A stretch of 64,000 nt of DNA from NCBI GenBank assembly GCA_951406725.2, contig OX597815.1, positions 176,762,001 to 176,826,000 of the forward strand, read 5' to 3'. The first letter of the stretch is position 1; the number at the start of each line of letters is the position of its first letter. This DNA is from Octopus vulgaris. Taxonomy: Eukaryota. The notes beneath the pieces were generated by a model. The model was not told the DNA's origin, made no database searches, and saw only the letters and a program-made list of their open reading frames with translations. Positions 38,401-51,466 of this stretch are shown here, piece by piece. The position numbers were made by a program, and so were the translations under genes.

Positions 38401-38704
38401 ATACAAAATATTTCACATCAACCCGGAGTTTCTACCTTTAAAAACCGGGTGTTACGTCCTAATTACTTGTAAGACTTTTTGCTATCCTGGTAACTGTTTA
38501 TCTATTTTCCCGTGATAATTGTAAACAAGGGGAAAATACACACATCCATATATATATATATATGTGTATATTTTCCCCTTGTCTACATTATCACGGGAAA
38601 ATAGATAAACATTTACCAGGATAGCAAAAAGTCTTACAAGTAATTAGGACGTAACACCCGGTTTTTAAAGGTAGAAACTCCGGGTTGATGTGAAATATTT
38701 GTAT
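38401..38704. repeat. ~300-bp near-perfect palindrome centred on (TA)n
   Basis: Arms of ~135 bp: ATACAAAATATTTCACATCAACCCGGAG...AAGGGGAAAATACACACAT, and its reverse complement with few mismatches. Confidence 0.95.
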
Positions 38705-38872
38705 GTATGTATGTATGTATATATGATTATTACAATTGAACCTTTGAAGGTGTTTATAAGCAATTTCAAACCAAACAAAACCGTTAGATTCACTTCAACA
38801 TTTAAATTTAATTTATCAAAATATTTTCGTCGCTTTCAGACCGTGAAGCACACACACATACACACGCACTCA

Positions 38873-38962
<90 letters not shown>

Positions 38963-39740
38963 AATATACTTATTAATCATGATATTAACATAAATATTTG
39001 TGCTTCATTGTTAGGCAACATGTATAGAATAATGAATGTGCGATTGTGTGTTTGGATATATGCATACAGTATACAAGTTTATGTCTGATAACTTGCCGAT
39101 GTCTGCGTTTATTGGGTTCAATGTTTGGTATCAGCTTTCAAGTATGCATGTTACCACGCTAAATGCATGAAGCTATATATATCCAATAAAGCATATAATC
39201 GTGCGCGCGTGTGTGTGCTTGTGTGTATGTATACACTTGAGCGAGATAAGTAAGTGAAAAATTAGTATGTACTTATAAGTTGATTAATGCCTCATCACTC
39301 AACACATGCTGTATTTCCCACAGGTATAACCACATACGCACACACATGCGTGTGTTAGTGTATAGAAATATGTGGTTATGTGTCTGTGCTTGTGTGTGCA
39401 TGCGTGCGTATGTATGTATATATAAGCACCTAAATACACACAAATATATACACATACACACAACTGTTTGTATGGGAACTTTTATTTCCTTTTAAACGTG
39501 TTATATATTTCATATACAACTCTGCACCAATTTTATCGTTTTCGTTGTTGAAAATAAAATAACGTTCGGTATTTACATTAGAGTGGAGCAATTTATTTTC
39601 TCTGATAAGAAAAGTGAAAGATATAAACACAATTTTCAGGTTTCCATTTACATTGTTGCCTGCAGATCAAACCTCATTATCATGATTATTGTAATTCGTG
39701 AAAATGAAATAATAAACACCATTATTAACCAATCCTTGAA

Positions 39741-40206
39741 GGCGGCGAGCTGGCAGAATCGTTAGCGCGCCGGCTAAAATACTTAGCAGCATATCGTACG
39801 TCTTACCTTCTGAGTTCAAATTCCGCCGAGGTCGACTTTGCCTTTTATCTTTCCGGGGTCGATTAAATAAGTACCAGTTACCCGGTACTGGTCCAGTTTA
39901 TTTGAACTTACTGCAACAGTCTGTCGTGTCAAGCATCAGAGAAGACTTTGAAGATGAGGAGTTTTATTTTCAACAAGAAGGGGTGCCCCCACACTAGCAT
40001 CGCGATGTTAAATCCTTCCTTGATGAGATCTTGCCAAACAGGTGGATTGGACGAAGGGGTTTCGTTGAATACCCTCCACTTTCACCAGACCTCACACCAC
40101 TAGACTTTTTCAAGTCTAGGCTATGAAACCTGCAACAGTCGCTGGTTTCGATATAATCTACTTGATCCCCTCCCCCAGGGTGCCTCTGTGGGAAAAAAAT
40201 TGAAAT
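39741..40206 (+). mobile_element. SINE family A with 18-bp TSD and a 258-bp internal mariner-derived insert
   Basis: CATTATTAACCAATCCTT at 39720-39737 and 40207-40224. The SINE is interrupted at 39887-40144. Confidence 0.9.
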
Positions 40207-40510
40207 CATTATTAACCAATCCTTCAGACGACCTACTAAAATATCAAACAGTTCCCGCAAATACACCGTGGTGTCTGACTGAATGAAATAAGCATAATAC
40301 AGAAGGACGAGAGTTTTATATGGGCGCAGCTAAGGTTAAACAACGACAACAAAACCGAGAAAATAACATGAAATGCAGTGTTCTATTGTTCCCCCAACAT
40401 ATTGTGGAAAAGCAAGGAAACAGGAAACGTGCACAATGAAGAAAAAAGTGAAAGATAATTCTTTCGGAGTCGTGTTTTTAATGCTAAATACAAATACACT
40501 TAGACATATA

Positions 40511-41305
40511 CAGGGTGTTCCCACAAAATGTATACACACTTTAAATAATTAAAGCAGGTGTTTATTAAAATACTTAACATTTTCAAAATTTAATAGAATC
40601 TACAGACATTATTTTATTGTTTTGTCAACAACTGTTTTCAAACTGACGTCCGTTCTGGCCCGGGCACTACTGACAACGCGAAATAATGGAATAGCGAACA
40701 ACACGAAACAATTCGTTTGATTTTTCTGTGTGCCTTCTCGTTCAATGGCTACTCTCAAATCAGCGACTGTTGCAGGTTTCATAGCGTAGACGTTAAAAAA
40801 TCTAGTGGTGTGAGATCTGGCGAAAGTGGAGGGTATTCAACGAACCCCCTTCGTCCAATCCACCTGTTTGGTAAGATTTCATCAAGGAAGGATCTAACAT
40901 CGTGATGGTAGTGTGGGGGTACTCCATAATGCTGAAAATAAAACTCCTCACCTTCAAAGTCTTCTCTAATGCTTGGCATGACAGACTGTTGCAGCAAGTT
41001 CAAATAAACTGGACCAGTCACAGTAGCGTAAAAAAAGAATGGTCCAATTAATCCTCTTGATAATAAGCCACACCACACTGTAACTCCTCATAAATTAACA
41101 TGGGCTTCCACTATAATATGCGGATTCTCAGGTCCCACGTAGGTGCAATTGTGGCGGCTAATTGACCCATTTAATTTGAATGTGGCCTCATCACTCCACC
41201 CACACAATCTTTTTTTTTTGGAAACTGTGCATCTTCTATACTCGTAATATTGAACTCTTCGGTCTGGATCATCGTCATTAATAGCATGAACTAATCTTGG
41301 ATCGT
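40511..41305 (-). mobile_element. Tc1/mariner (rosa/DD41D-like) transposon, 3' half with TA-CAGGGTGT terminus
   Basis: [22 protein letters not shown]...[35 protein letters not shown]...[12 protein letters not shown]. Confidence 0.88.
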
Positions 41306-41310
41306 AAAGT

Positions 41311-41522
41311 TTATCGGGGTCGATAAATTAAGTACCAGTTACGCACTGGGGTCGATATAGTCGACTTAATCCGTTTGTCTGTCCTTGTTTGTCCTCTCTA
41401 TGTTTAGCCCCTTGTGGGTAATAAAGAAACAGATAAATTAAGTACTAGTTGCGTACTGGGGTTAATCTAATCGACTGGCCCCTCCCCCAAAATTTCGGGC
41501 CTTGTGCCTAGAGTAGAAAAGC
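41311..41522 (+). mobile_element. SINE family A, two tandem 3' parts with different tails
   Basis: GGGGTCGATAAATTAAGTACCAG...CCCCTTGTGGGTAATAAAGAAA, then GATAAATTAAGTACTAG...GCCTTGTGCCTAGAGTAGAAAA. Confidence 0.8.
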
Positions 41523-42182
41523 TTATTGTTGTTGCTGGTTTTAATTTTGTGACTGGTTTTGTTTCCGTTTCTTTTCATTTCTATGATTCTAAATGTGACC
41601 GTGCTCGTGATTTTCGTATAGTTTTTTGTTGTATTCCTCTTGATGTTATTTTCTTTCTGTTGCTTTTGAGAATGCGATGCAGCTGTGAATGTGTCGTAGC
41701 CTTGAAGAAGACCCTGCTTCTGTAACAATCGATTCGGTGTTTGTCGCAGCTGTTGCTGTTGTTGACTTTTATGTCTAAAGTTTGTCTTTCGTGTGTGATT
41801 TAGACAAAAAAGATCTTAAATGGGTTTCTGCACTGCATATATGATATCTACGCATTCTACCACCCAACACTAATAACATCTACATTCCGTTTTGAAGTAC
41901 GGAGAGTCGAATTATTTGCTCGGTGCGTCCCGGCTAATTTTCATGGACATCTCCACACCAATAATAGTCGACGTGCTTCCTATGTGTAAGTTTTTTATAC
42001 GACCATGATTCAGTCATCCCCTTCATTGCATATTATGACAGTTATCAGCACCCAGACATCTATTTCTAGAGAAACAACTCCCTACCCATCTTCTCTAGTC
42101 ATTTCTGAAGAAAAAAAACTAGTCAAAATTCCATATTTTTTAGGTGTGAATTTGTGCAGTTTTTACAGAGGTGGAGGAGACG

Positions 42183-42505
42183 CCCCCCCCTACCTCGATC
42201 AGGAATGACCACAGGATTGCACTTAGAAAGTTACCTTCCAAGTCACAAGTCCGGGCAATGTTGTTTGTGGAAGGCCAGCAGTCGCCCATGCATACCAGCC
42301 TCTCCTGTCCACACCATTGATGTTATCCAATGGAAAGGCAAAAGACAATACAGCTTGGCACCAGTGATGTCAGCTGAGTTAACTGGAGCAACGTGAAATA
42401 AAATGTCTTGCTCAAGAACAAATTTCGCAGCCAGGCCCAGGAATCGATCTCACAACCTCACGATCATGAGCTCGACGTTCTAACCACTGAGCCATGCGCC
42501 TTCAC
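42183..42505 (-). mobile_element. tRNA-derived SINE family C
   Basis: Minus head GTGAAGGCGCATGGCTCAGTGGTTAGAACG...GATCGATTCC, followed by TCTTGAGCAAGACATTTTATTTCAC. Confidence 0.85.
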
Positions 42506-42902
42506 TTACAGAGGTAATGGTCGCTTATTGTACTGAGTCAATTGCCATGCGAGGCGAAAGTTTTGTGATTCTATACAGCTCTGAAATATTTTGGCTTCTC
42601 TACATTTTAAGTTTAGTACTTGTCCAGGTTTCATGCTAATGATTCTCTTAGCATTATTTAATATCGCTGCCGGTATTAATAAATATGTACGTATTTTTTC
42701 TCTCATTCCACTAATTCTTGCTCTTCTAAAGTAGTTGCATTCTACAGGCGTAATTGTACTACTTGTAATTACAGACATATGTGATGTCTTGTTCGTTAGC
42801 GTACAATTATTACAAGCGAGATTAATAATATTTGTTGGGGGAGACATTTGAATTAGAAATTAAGTAATAATAAGGAAAATGATACGTATATTTTTCTTCC
42901 TG

Positions 42903-44175
42903 ATTTTTTTTTTGTTTGTTTGTTTACTTCACATAAAATTTTTAAAATTTACAGTCGTAATCTGTTTTATTATTACCCACTAGGGGCGAACATAGAGGGG
43001 ACAATACAATCTGATGTGGGGTCAGATACACGAATGGGATTACAAAAAGATGAATTTAAAAATTTACAAAAAATACAAAAATATGAAGAAATCGAAGAAA
43101 TCGAATGAAGAACAGACCGGAAGACATTACGGATGGAGTGGGAGCGGGTTTAGCTCGGACCCCACGAGCCCCGCCTCCCCACTGATACTTTGGTTTCGTC
43201 TAGTTTTACATTTATGTGGTATCATCCACTCTCAACTTTCGTGCTACATCCTTCCATCGTTCTTCATACACTCTCTTAGTCAGGCATTTTCTCTCCAGCC
43301 CTATCTTTCTTTTTAGGTGAAAGATGAAGTAATTCATCAATCCAGGGCCGGAGATGAACTTACCTGACCGTAAACCATTCATCCTAGTCTTCCAAATCAC
43401 ATCTTTCGCAATTGCTACTACAACGAGAAAACAATTCTTACCTTCTTTCGCGAGGAAATCTGGTGGGTCAATTTTTATAATAGACTCAGTCGACAGCTGT
43501 ATTCTTCGTGTGCTTGACAACAGCTGTTCGGCATAAACCCACACCTCTGACACGACCGAACAATGAACAGTAGCGTGCGGGACGGTTTCCCTATCCCGCT
43601 CGCATCTTGGACATATCGGACTGCCCCGGCCACCGTGCCTTGCTAGTTTATCCCGAACAGGTAGAGCTCCTCTGTAACACTGCCATGCCAGAGACTTCTG
43701 GAAGTTGTCCAGAGTCTTCGGCCCGAATGTACGTTGGAATCGACTGGCCAGCTGGTTATCGTCGAGACCTTGGGCTTCCCCTAAGGTATCTTCACATTCC
43801 GCCTCTACCAACCCTCTATAGAAGAATGTGGTGGAACCTCCACCGCAGGCGTTGCCCGAGCGACCGAATAGCAGGAGAGCTTGCGACACTCCGTGTACCA
43901 TGTGCCCAGTTTCGATCTACGATTCAGCCAGGTTTCCCATCCACCGAAACTAGTGAACTTGGGAAACATCAGTTTTGCTAGCGGAGACCACACCCGTTCA
44001 CCATCCAGGGAGAGCCACAGATGTCTTAACCTCAGCGCATGTCTGCGCATCATCAGCCAAGGCATCCCTAGTACACCCTTTAACGGTTGTTGACAGCAAG
44101 TAGAACGTTTCACAAGTGGTTTCCCGCCCTTCCACAAGAAGTAGAAGAGCTGTCTTTCCAACTTGATCAACTTGA
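42903..44175 (-). mobile_element. L1/Tx1-clade LINE, 5'-truncated, with ORF2 C-terminus, 3' UTR and A-rich tail
   Basis: Frameshifted ORFs 43805-44170 and 43212-43901: LFYFLWKG...GGLG-like, LAWQCYRGALPV, CPRC...ETVPHATVHC (zf-RVT-like), IWKTR. Tail AAACAAACAAAAAAAAA. Confidence 0.85.
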
Positions 44176-44986
44176 AAATGGTTGAGTGCGTGACATTACA
44201 GATTTATGTTAGATGGAAGAACACATTGGTGTTAAAACAAATCATTTACTGCGAGAATTCCACGTTTCTGTTTAGCTTGTCTCTTACTCAGCATTAATAA
44301 AACTACACACAAGAACCATATTCTTCTCTTGAATTTAAGATTTTACAATAAAAAATTTGAAGAAGATAAAACAAAAGTGAATATGGTAGGAAGATTTCTA
44401 GAAAGCGTATATATTACATTGCTGGACGTTTCTGTGAAAAGGCAAACCAAATAAATAAAAAAGTATTTAACATGTCAATTTGTATTTTAATGGGTTGTGA
44501 ACTTTCTGTTTATGCAGCTACACGAGCTTGGCAAGTTTACATTTAGCGTAGAAGCAATACGTGCAGCTATTTCAATCAAGTAATACTTGTTCGTTTTTTT
44601 TTCTTTACATTCATTTTTTCTTTTTTTCTTGCTTGATTTTTTTTTTCTTCCTCAAGTGCCAGGCTCTGAAACAGTTGAACTCTCTTGGCTCTCTCAACAA
44701 GTGGTTGATTGCTTGAAAGAGTCAAGAGGAAAACAAATTGAATAGTTTCTAGGTGTTCCATTAACCATTGTGTTACCTAATTATATGAGAAGTCTGCTGG
44801 GCCAGGACTTTGAGAGTAAATTTTTCAGACCAAAGAAGATATTTTTATCAAGCCAGTTAAATTTCACTAAAATTAAATTAAATAATTTACATTCAGGTTT
44901 AACTTCTAAATCGAATGGGTGGACCTTTACTACCGGTTTTTACAAAATAGTGTAACAATTTAAAACCCCTAGAATTCGTGGTTGAA

Positions 44987-45285
44987 ACCTTAGGCAAGTG
45001 TCTTCTACAATAGCCTCGGGCTGAAGTAAGCTTTCTGAGCGGATTGCAACAGGGAGAGGGAAAACTGTCGTACACACACACACGTGTGTGTGTGTATGTG
45101 TGTGTCTTTGTGTCTGTGTTTATCTCCCCAATCACAAATTGGCAATCGGTGTTGAATTGTTTACGTCAAAGTAACTAATCGGTTCGGCAAAATAGACCGA
45201 GTGAATGGGATCGATTCGTTCGACTAAAATCCTGCAAGGCGATACTACAGCATGGCCGCAGTCTAATGACTGAAACAAGCAAAAT
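44987..45285 (+). mobile_element. SINE family B (5'-truncated)
   Basis: ACCTTAGGCAAGTGTCTTCTAC...CAGCATGGCCGCAGTCTAATGACTGAAACAAG. Confidence 0.8.
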
Positions 45286-45377
45286 ATAAAGGTTATGTTA
45301 TATACGGGTTTATAGCAAACCTTTGTTGAGGAATCTATTGTCCCATAATCTAACATTCCTATCATTTATATGTCCAG

Positions 45378-45700
45378 TAGAAGTACTCCGTCGGTTACGA
45401 CGACGAAGGTCCCAGCTGATACAATCAAGGGAGCAGCCTGCTCGTGAAATTAACGTGCAAGTGGCTGAGCACTCCACACATGTACCCTTAACGTAGTTCT
45501 CAGGAAGATTCAGGGTGACACAAATTGTGACAAGGCTGGCCCTTTGAAATACAGGTTCGACTCATTTTTGCCAGCTGAGTGGACTGGAGCCACGTGAAAT
45601 AAAGTATCTTGCTCAAGGACACAACGCGTCGCCGGGAATTGAACTCACGACTTTACGATCGTGAACTGAATACCCTAACCATTAAGCCACGCGCCTTCAC
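45378..45700 (-). mobile_element. tRNA-derived SINE family C (different tail), probable TSD TAYGTCCAGT
   Basis: Minus head GTGAAGGCGCGTGGCTTAATGGTTAGGG...GAGTTCAATTCCCGG...TCCTTGAGCAAGATACTTTATTTCAC. Confidence 0.85.
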
Positions 45701-45977
45701 GTACGTCCAGTGATCTACTATCGCTACCACATCACTATTTGATATTTTGACTGTCTGACTTATGTAGCTGAAGGGTACTGCAAAATATTCGAGGACAAAC
45801 TTTCATTTTTGGGTGCTTCTGGTTGCAGCTGAAAACAACACCGCTTATTATGATAATTATTCAGCAATTTAATGCAGCAAACTATGTAAATAGCTTCATT
45901 CATGATACTTTATATGTATGGAATGGGTCCAGTCTTATAGTTATTGGCTTAGAGGCAATGTAGAGTATATTCATCTC

Positions 45978-46328
45978 AAGGTGGCGAGCTGACAGAATCG
46001 TTAGCACGCCGGGCGAAATGTGTAGCCGTATTTCGTCTATCGTTACATTCTGAGTTCAAATTCCGCCGAAGTCGACATTGCCTTTCATCCTTTCGGGGTT
46101 GATTAAATAAGTACCAGTTACACACTGGGGTTGATGTAATCGACTTAATCCGTTTGCCTGTCCTTGTTTGTCCTCTGTGTTTAGCCTTTTGTGGGTAGTA
46201 AAGAAATAGGTATTTCGTCTTTATATTCTGAGATTAAATTCTGCCGCGGTCGACTTTGCCTTTCATCCTTTCGACTGCCCCCCCAGCCCCCCAAAAAATG
46301 TCGGGCCTTGTGTCTGGAGTAGAAAAAT
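45978..46328 (+). mobile_element. Dimeric SINE family A
   Basis: A full head, body and tail 1 are followed by a second partial body and tail 2; the same two-tail order is seen at 41311-41522. Confidence 0.85.
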
Positions 46329-46899
46329 ATATATTAACCTCTTTAGAAATACACCGAACTACCTGGGGCTAGATCTGAACTCAGAATGTTTGAACTCGTA
46401 CAATCGTACACATTTGCAATGGGTTTTTTTTTTTTCTTGTGACATCTAAAAAAGAAACAAAGCAATATGGTTAAAACCTACCTATTTTCACTTATATCTC
46501 ATCCAGAAATGTTCTTTTATTTCTAATATCAATCATAAGGTATACAATTGATCGCACATTCACACATACTCCCTCAGTATGTGTGTTCGTGCATATAAGA
46601 GTATGCATGTGTGTCTATCCTTGTGTGTGTTTTCCAGTAATGCACCGAAGGGCATCAAATTGACAAATGGAGCTGTCTTTAGTTTTGTCGTAATTTGTTT
46701 GGTCTTTATTGTCGCATGCCAGGCATCCGATATCGTTGCGAAAATAAATTTAACAATTTACGCCAACGATTTACATAATTCCTCCGTTTTGCGCTTGAAA
46801 TGCATCAATCATACGGCTTCTGTTGGTCGCACGCACGCACACACACACACGCGCGCATGCATATACTAAAGGCACACATATACGTAAACACTCTTTTAT

Positions 46900-46950
<51 letters not shown>

Positions 46951-47014
46951 TATCCAGGTGTTATAACACATATAAAGTAACATGTTGATATGTTTCAATA
47001 TTAATTTATATAAA

Positions 47015-47232
47015 AGGTTGCGAGCTGGCAGAATGATTAGCACGCCGGGCGAAGTGCTTAGCGGTATTTCGTCTGCCGTTACGTTCTGAGTTCAAATTCC
47101 GCTGAGGTCACCTTTGCTTTGCTTTTCATTTTTTCGGAGTCGATAAATTAAGTACGAGTTGCGTACTGCGATCGATCTAATCAACTGGCCTCTTCCCCAA
47201 AAATTTCGAGCCTTGTACCTAGAGTCGAAAAG
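47015..47232 (+). mobile_element. SINE family A with ~14-bp TSD
   Basis: AATATTAATTTATA (46997-47010) and AATATCAATTTATA (47233-47246). Confidence 0.9.
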
Positions 47233-47484
47233 AATATCAATTTATACCAAAATTTTAAGACGGTTCCATTATTATACTATTGAGTCATTTTGTATTTATT
47301 GGACTCGTTCAATGAACTGTGACTGAGGCATCATCCTCACCAGTAGAATAGATTATATTGATCACAAAATTTATTTCTTTTATGTATTCCTTATTTCATC
47401 ACTATCGAAATGGTGTAATACAAAGTGGGCGTGGCCGGATTTGAACTCAGAGTGAGAATTGGTATAAAGGAGAAATATTACAAT

Positions 47485-47651
47485 ATAGGAGTGGTTGTGT
47501 TGTAAGAAGCTTGCTTCCCAACCATATAGTTGGGGGTTCAGTTCCACTACGTGGCACCTTCGGCAAGTGTCTTCTACTGTAGCCTCGGGCCGACCAAGTC
47601 CCTGTGAGTGGATTTGGTAGAGGAAACAGAAAGAAGCCCGTAGTGTGTATG

Positions 47652-47693
<42 letters not shown>

Positions 47694-47912
47694 TATATAA
47701 CGTATTTGTGTGTTCAAGTTTGTCCTCTCAGCACCATTGATTGACAACAGATGTTGGTATGTTTACGTCCCCGTAACCTAGCGTGTCACAAAAGAGACCG
47801 ATAGAATAAGTACTAGATTTAGAAAGAATAAGTCCTGCGGTCGATTTCTTCCATTAAAGGCGGTGCTCCAGCATGACCGCCGTCACATGGCCGAAACAAT
47901 TAAAACAATAAA
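47485..47912 (+). mobile_element. SINE family B, full length
   Basis: Collinear with 14690-15154. Confidence 0.9.
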
Positions 47913-47927
47913 AAACTATGCCATTTT

Positions 47928-47959
47928 AATTCCGAGCAACGCCGGTTGTTTCTGCTAGT
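47928..47959 (+). mobile_element. Helitron-like 3' terminus remnant
   Basis: GC-rich hairpin CCGAGCAACGCCGG about 9 nt upstream of CTAG-T. Confidence 0.5.
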
Positions 47960-47999
47960 ATCTATTCGTGTATATAAATATATATACACAAATATATAC

Positions 48000-48187
48000 T
48001 AGCATGGTAGGTCGCTAGCCACTAAACTTTTTTTTATTTTCTCTCCCTGTTTATTTCTGTGTTCCTTTCTGTCGAAGAGCGTAAGTTCGAAACGTAAAAG
48101 ACTTTCTCACTTCCCGCGCGTTAAACTAATACATCTGTTTGTTGTTTACTCACCCGTCTTCGTTGTTTTGTTTTTTGTAAATTCTTA

Positions 48188-48190
<3 letters not shown>
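48000..48190 (+). mobile_element. Hammerhead-bearing element, subfamily H2; HHR motif at 48065-48100
   Basis: CTTT-CTGTCGA-A-GAGC(GTAA)GTTC-GAA-A(CG)T-A^AAAG. Homologous to 57032-57223; 3' end abuts (TA)n. Confidence 0.7.
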
Positions 48191-48228
<38 letters not shown>

Positions 48229-48354
48229 GCCGAAATTACTACGATGATCCGGTTCTTGACTGAAGACTGAGGGTTTCGAATGTCCTGTCCGTGTTTATTG
48301 TATCGTCTTCTAAGAGTTATACGTTCTTGTCCATGTTGTATTTTTCTACATACC

Positions 48355-48443
<89 letters not shown>

Positions 48444-48599
48444 ATAGAGACAATGAGTCGAATAGAGATGTATGTGTGTATGAGTGGGCGAAGACTTGTA
48501 CAGTGAAGCCACGTCTCTATTTGTTTAGGGCAATCATTTACTGGTGAATTAGATGGTAGGATGAGCAAAGCCAGTTCGGTGCTTGAAATTTTGAGAGAA

Positions 48600-49350
48600 T
48601 GTCTGTACAATAAGTTCGTGTTCTAGTTTTAGTGCCAAGAATACTGAGCCATAGGCTGAATAACATACATCCTACTTCGGTTGATTAGTAAATTACTCGC
48701 CAGTTTTGGATCCTACAACGCTCTCACAGCTCCTGGTATTTGACAAGCTTTCTCTCATCGTCCCTCTTTCTTCTTCTTTCAGTAGTGTCTGTACCTTATA
48801 TGATCATGCATGGTGGAATCTGAGAAGATAGCTATATCTGGACGGATTTTCGTGATTATGGTGTACTATAGAAGATTTATTTGTGAATATTCACTACACG
48901 CTGGCAGCCTGGGGTTGTTGAAATTCGGCAATAAAACTGCGATTATAGTGAACAGCATATTTGTTCAGGTTTTTGTCAAGTGATTGCCTCCTTCTTGGAG
49001 CAGTGTTCAATAGACTTGATAGCTCTTATCACCTCAGCAACCGCGTTGAGATCAGTCGTATTGTCAGAAGTAGCAGTCATCGGTTAAGGCCCTTGGACAA
49101 CCACTGTAGAAAGCGTTGAAAGGTACACTCTTTGTACAGACCGGAGAGGAGGAGGATAATTCCCTCCTGTCTCATATTCGATTTTGTGTCCGACTCCCTA
49201 ATTTTCTGCTTACAGTTTTGAGCAGGAATTTGAAGAGCTGGGTGTGAATCTGCCTGAGATGAGACCAGATGTTATGTGGCTGAATTCTAACCTACCTTCT
49301 TTAGGTAGCCTCCAGGTCCAATTATCCTCTTGGTCCGTGATTCCTCTACA
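48600..49350 (-). mobile_element. Decayed HERO/R2-type non-LTR element, zinc knuckle and restriction-like endonuclease region
   Basis: Minus-strand fragments in the expected order: LFKFLLKTV, VCTK...SGCPRALT...AVAEVI, IRPDIAIFS, ERKLVKYQEL, EVGC. Confidence 0.55.
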
Positions 49351-49363
49351 TCTACACGGACAT

Positions 49364-49415
<52 letters not shown>

Positions 49416-49418
<3 letters not shown>

Positions 49419-49786
49419 CTTTTATTTGTTTCAGTCGTTTGACTGCAGCCGTGCTGGAGCACCGTCTTTAGCCGAACAAATCGACCCCGGACCGATAGAA
49501 TAAGCCTTGTACTTATTCTATCGGACTCGTTTGCCGAACCACATGGTTACGAGGACGTAAACACATCAACATCGGTTGCCAAGCGATGGTGGGAAACAAA
49601 CACACACACACGCCCCTCCCCACACACATTTACGACAAGTTTCTTTCAGTTTCCATCAACCAAATCCACTCACAAGGCTTTGATCGTCCTGAAGCAATAG
49701 AAGGCACTTGCCAAAGGTGACACGCAGTGGGACTGAACCCGAAACTATGTGGTTGGTAAACAAGCTACTTACCACACATTCCTGCA
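49416..49786 (-). mobile_element. SINE family B
   Basis: Reverse complement of the family-B sequence. Confidence 0.88.
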
Positions 49787-49809
49787 CCTATATATATATA
49801 TATATATAT

Positions 49810-49856
<47 letters not shown>

Positions 49857-50763
49857 CACGTGTGTATTTACACACATTACCTGCTCCTGATGAATAGTCT
49901 CAGTTCAAGCCTTGCTTAAGAAAAGGAATTAAGCCATGGCGATCACAACTTTTCACAATGTACGGAAAACACTGGGCGATATTATGCCCCGTCTTTGACA
50001 AGATGGGGCATAGTGTTGTCGTTAAATGGGTGCGATTTAAAGATTTGTATGAAATTTCTAGAAGATCGAACGTTTAAGTAAGATTTCTCTCGTTGCCTGA
50101 TACGGAAAAGTGTGAGAGATAAGTGATTGTTTTATCAAAAGTACGTATGTGAACACAAACACGTGTATGCATGTGGATGTGTGACCGGGTGAGTGTGTGA
50201 GAAAGAAAAAAAAAGCGATTATACGCATTCATATTTATCACTGGGATTCATATATATATATACATATATATTTTTATTACTTTTGACAGGACATGGTACT
50301 ACAAGAATCCATTTTTCTTTCTTCTCTTATTGTCTAGATTGTTTGAAAGAACTTGCCGATATCAATGAATAGTTTGCTTTTCACGCAAGAAAATATTCTG
50401 AATAGAGGAAATTCTGCAGATTTTTTTCAGTCCAATTTTCTAGCAACGATCCGCCGATATGTATGTTTAAAAATAAATTCATAAAATATGAAGAAAAGAC
50501 AATATTTCCGTGTGGGAAAACACTCAGCTGTTTTGTTAAAATCATCATTTTGTTACTGATTGTATGCATAGCTTGGTATCAACGTGCTCTCCATAATATG
50601 ATTGATAAATGTGTCACAGACAAACCTCCGAATTCTGCGTACATAAGTACACATCTTTCAGCGAAACGCATTCATTCTGACAGCTATATACCACGTACAC
50701 ATCCACAGGTACACAAACCTATAAACGTAGACTTATATGTGTGTGTGTGCGCGTGCGTGTGTA

Positions 50764-50816
<53 letters not shown>

Positions 50817-50933
50817 TGAGAGAGAGAGATATTTGTAGATATTTGTAGATGAATGTATGTATGCATGTAGGCGTTTGAATCCACACACGCACACACACAC
50901 ACACAACCACGCACACACACGCACATATATATT

Positions 50934-51093
50934 CGCAGGAGTGGCTGTGTGGTAAGTAGCTTGCTTACCAACGACATGGTTCCGGATTCGGTCCCACTGC
51001 TTTGCACCTTGTACAGATGTCTTCTACCATAACCTCGAGCCGACCGAAGCCTTGTGAGTGGATTCGGTAGGCGGAAACTAAAAGAAACCTGTC

Positions 51094-51149
<56 letters not shown>

Positions 51150-51330
51150 GTGTGTATATATGCTTGTGTGTCTGTGTTACCCCCTCCACCACTTGACAAC
51201 CGCGGCTGGTGTGCTTACGTCCCCGTAACGTAGCGGTTCGGAAAAAGAGATCAATAGAATAAGTACTCGGTTTACAAAGAATAAGTCCTGGGGTCGACTA
51301 ACGGCGGTGCTCCAGTATGGCCGCAGTCAA
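50934..51330 (+). mobile_element. SINE family B
   Basis: CGCAGGAGTGGCTGTGTGGTAAG...CCAGTATGGCCGCAGTCAA. Confidence 0.9.
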
Positions 51331-51366
51331 TACATATATATATGTATATGCATATAGCTATGAATA

Positions 51367-51466
<100 letters not shown>

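Noticed and set aside
50563-50645. Candidate small exons (also near 31540-31600 minus and 62696 onward)
   Set aside because: AG/GT-like signals alone are not enough; no protein similarity was recognised. RNA-seq would be needed.
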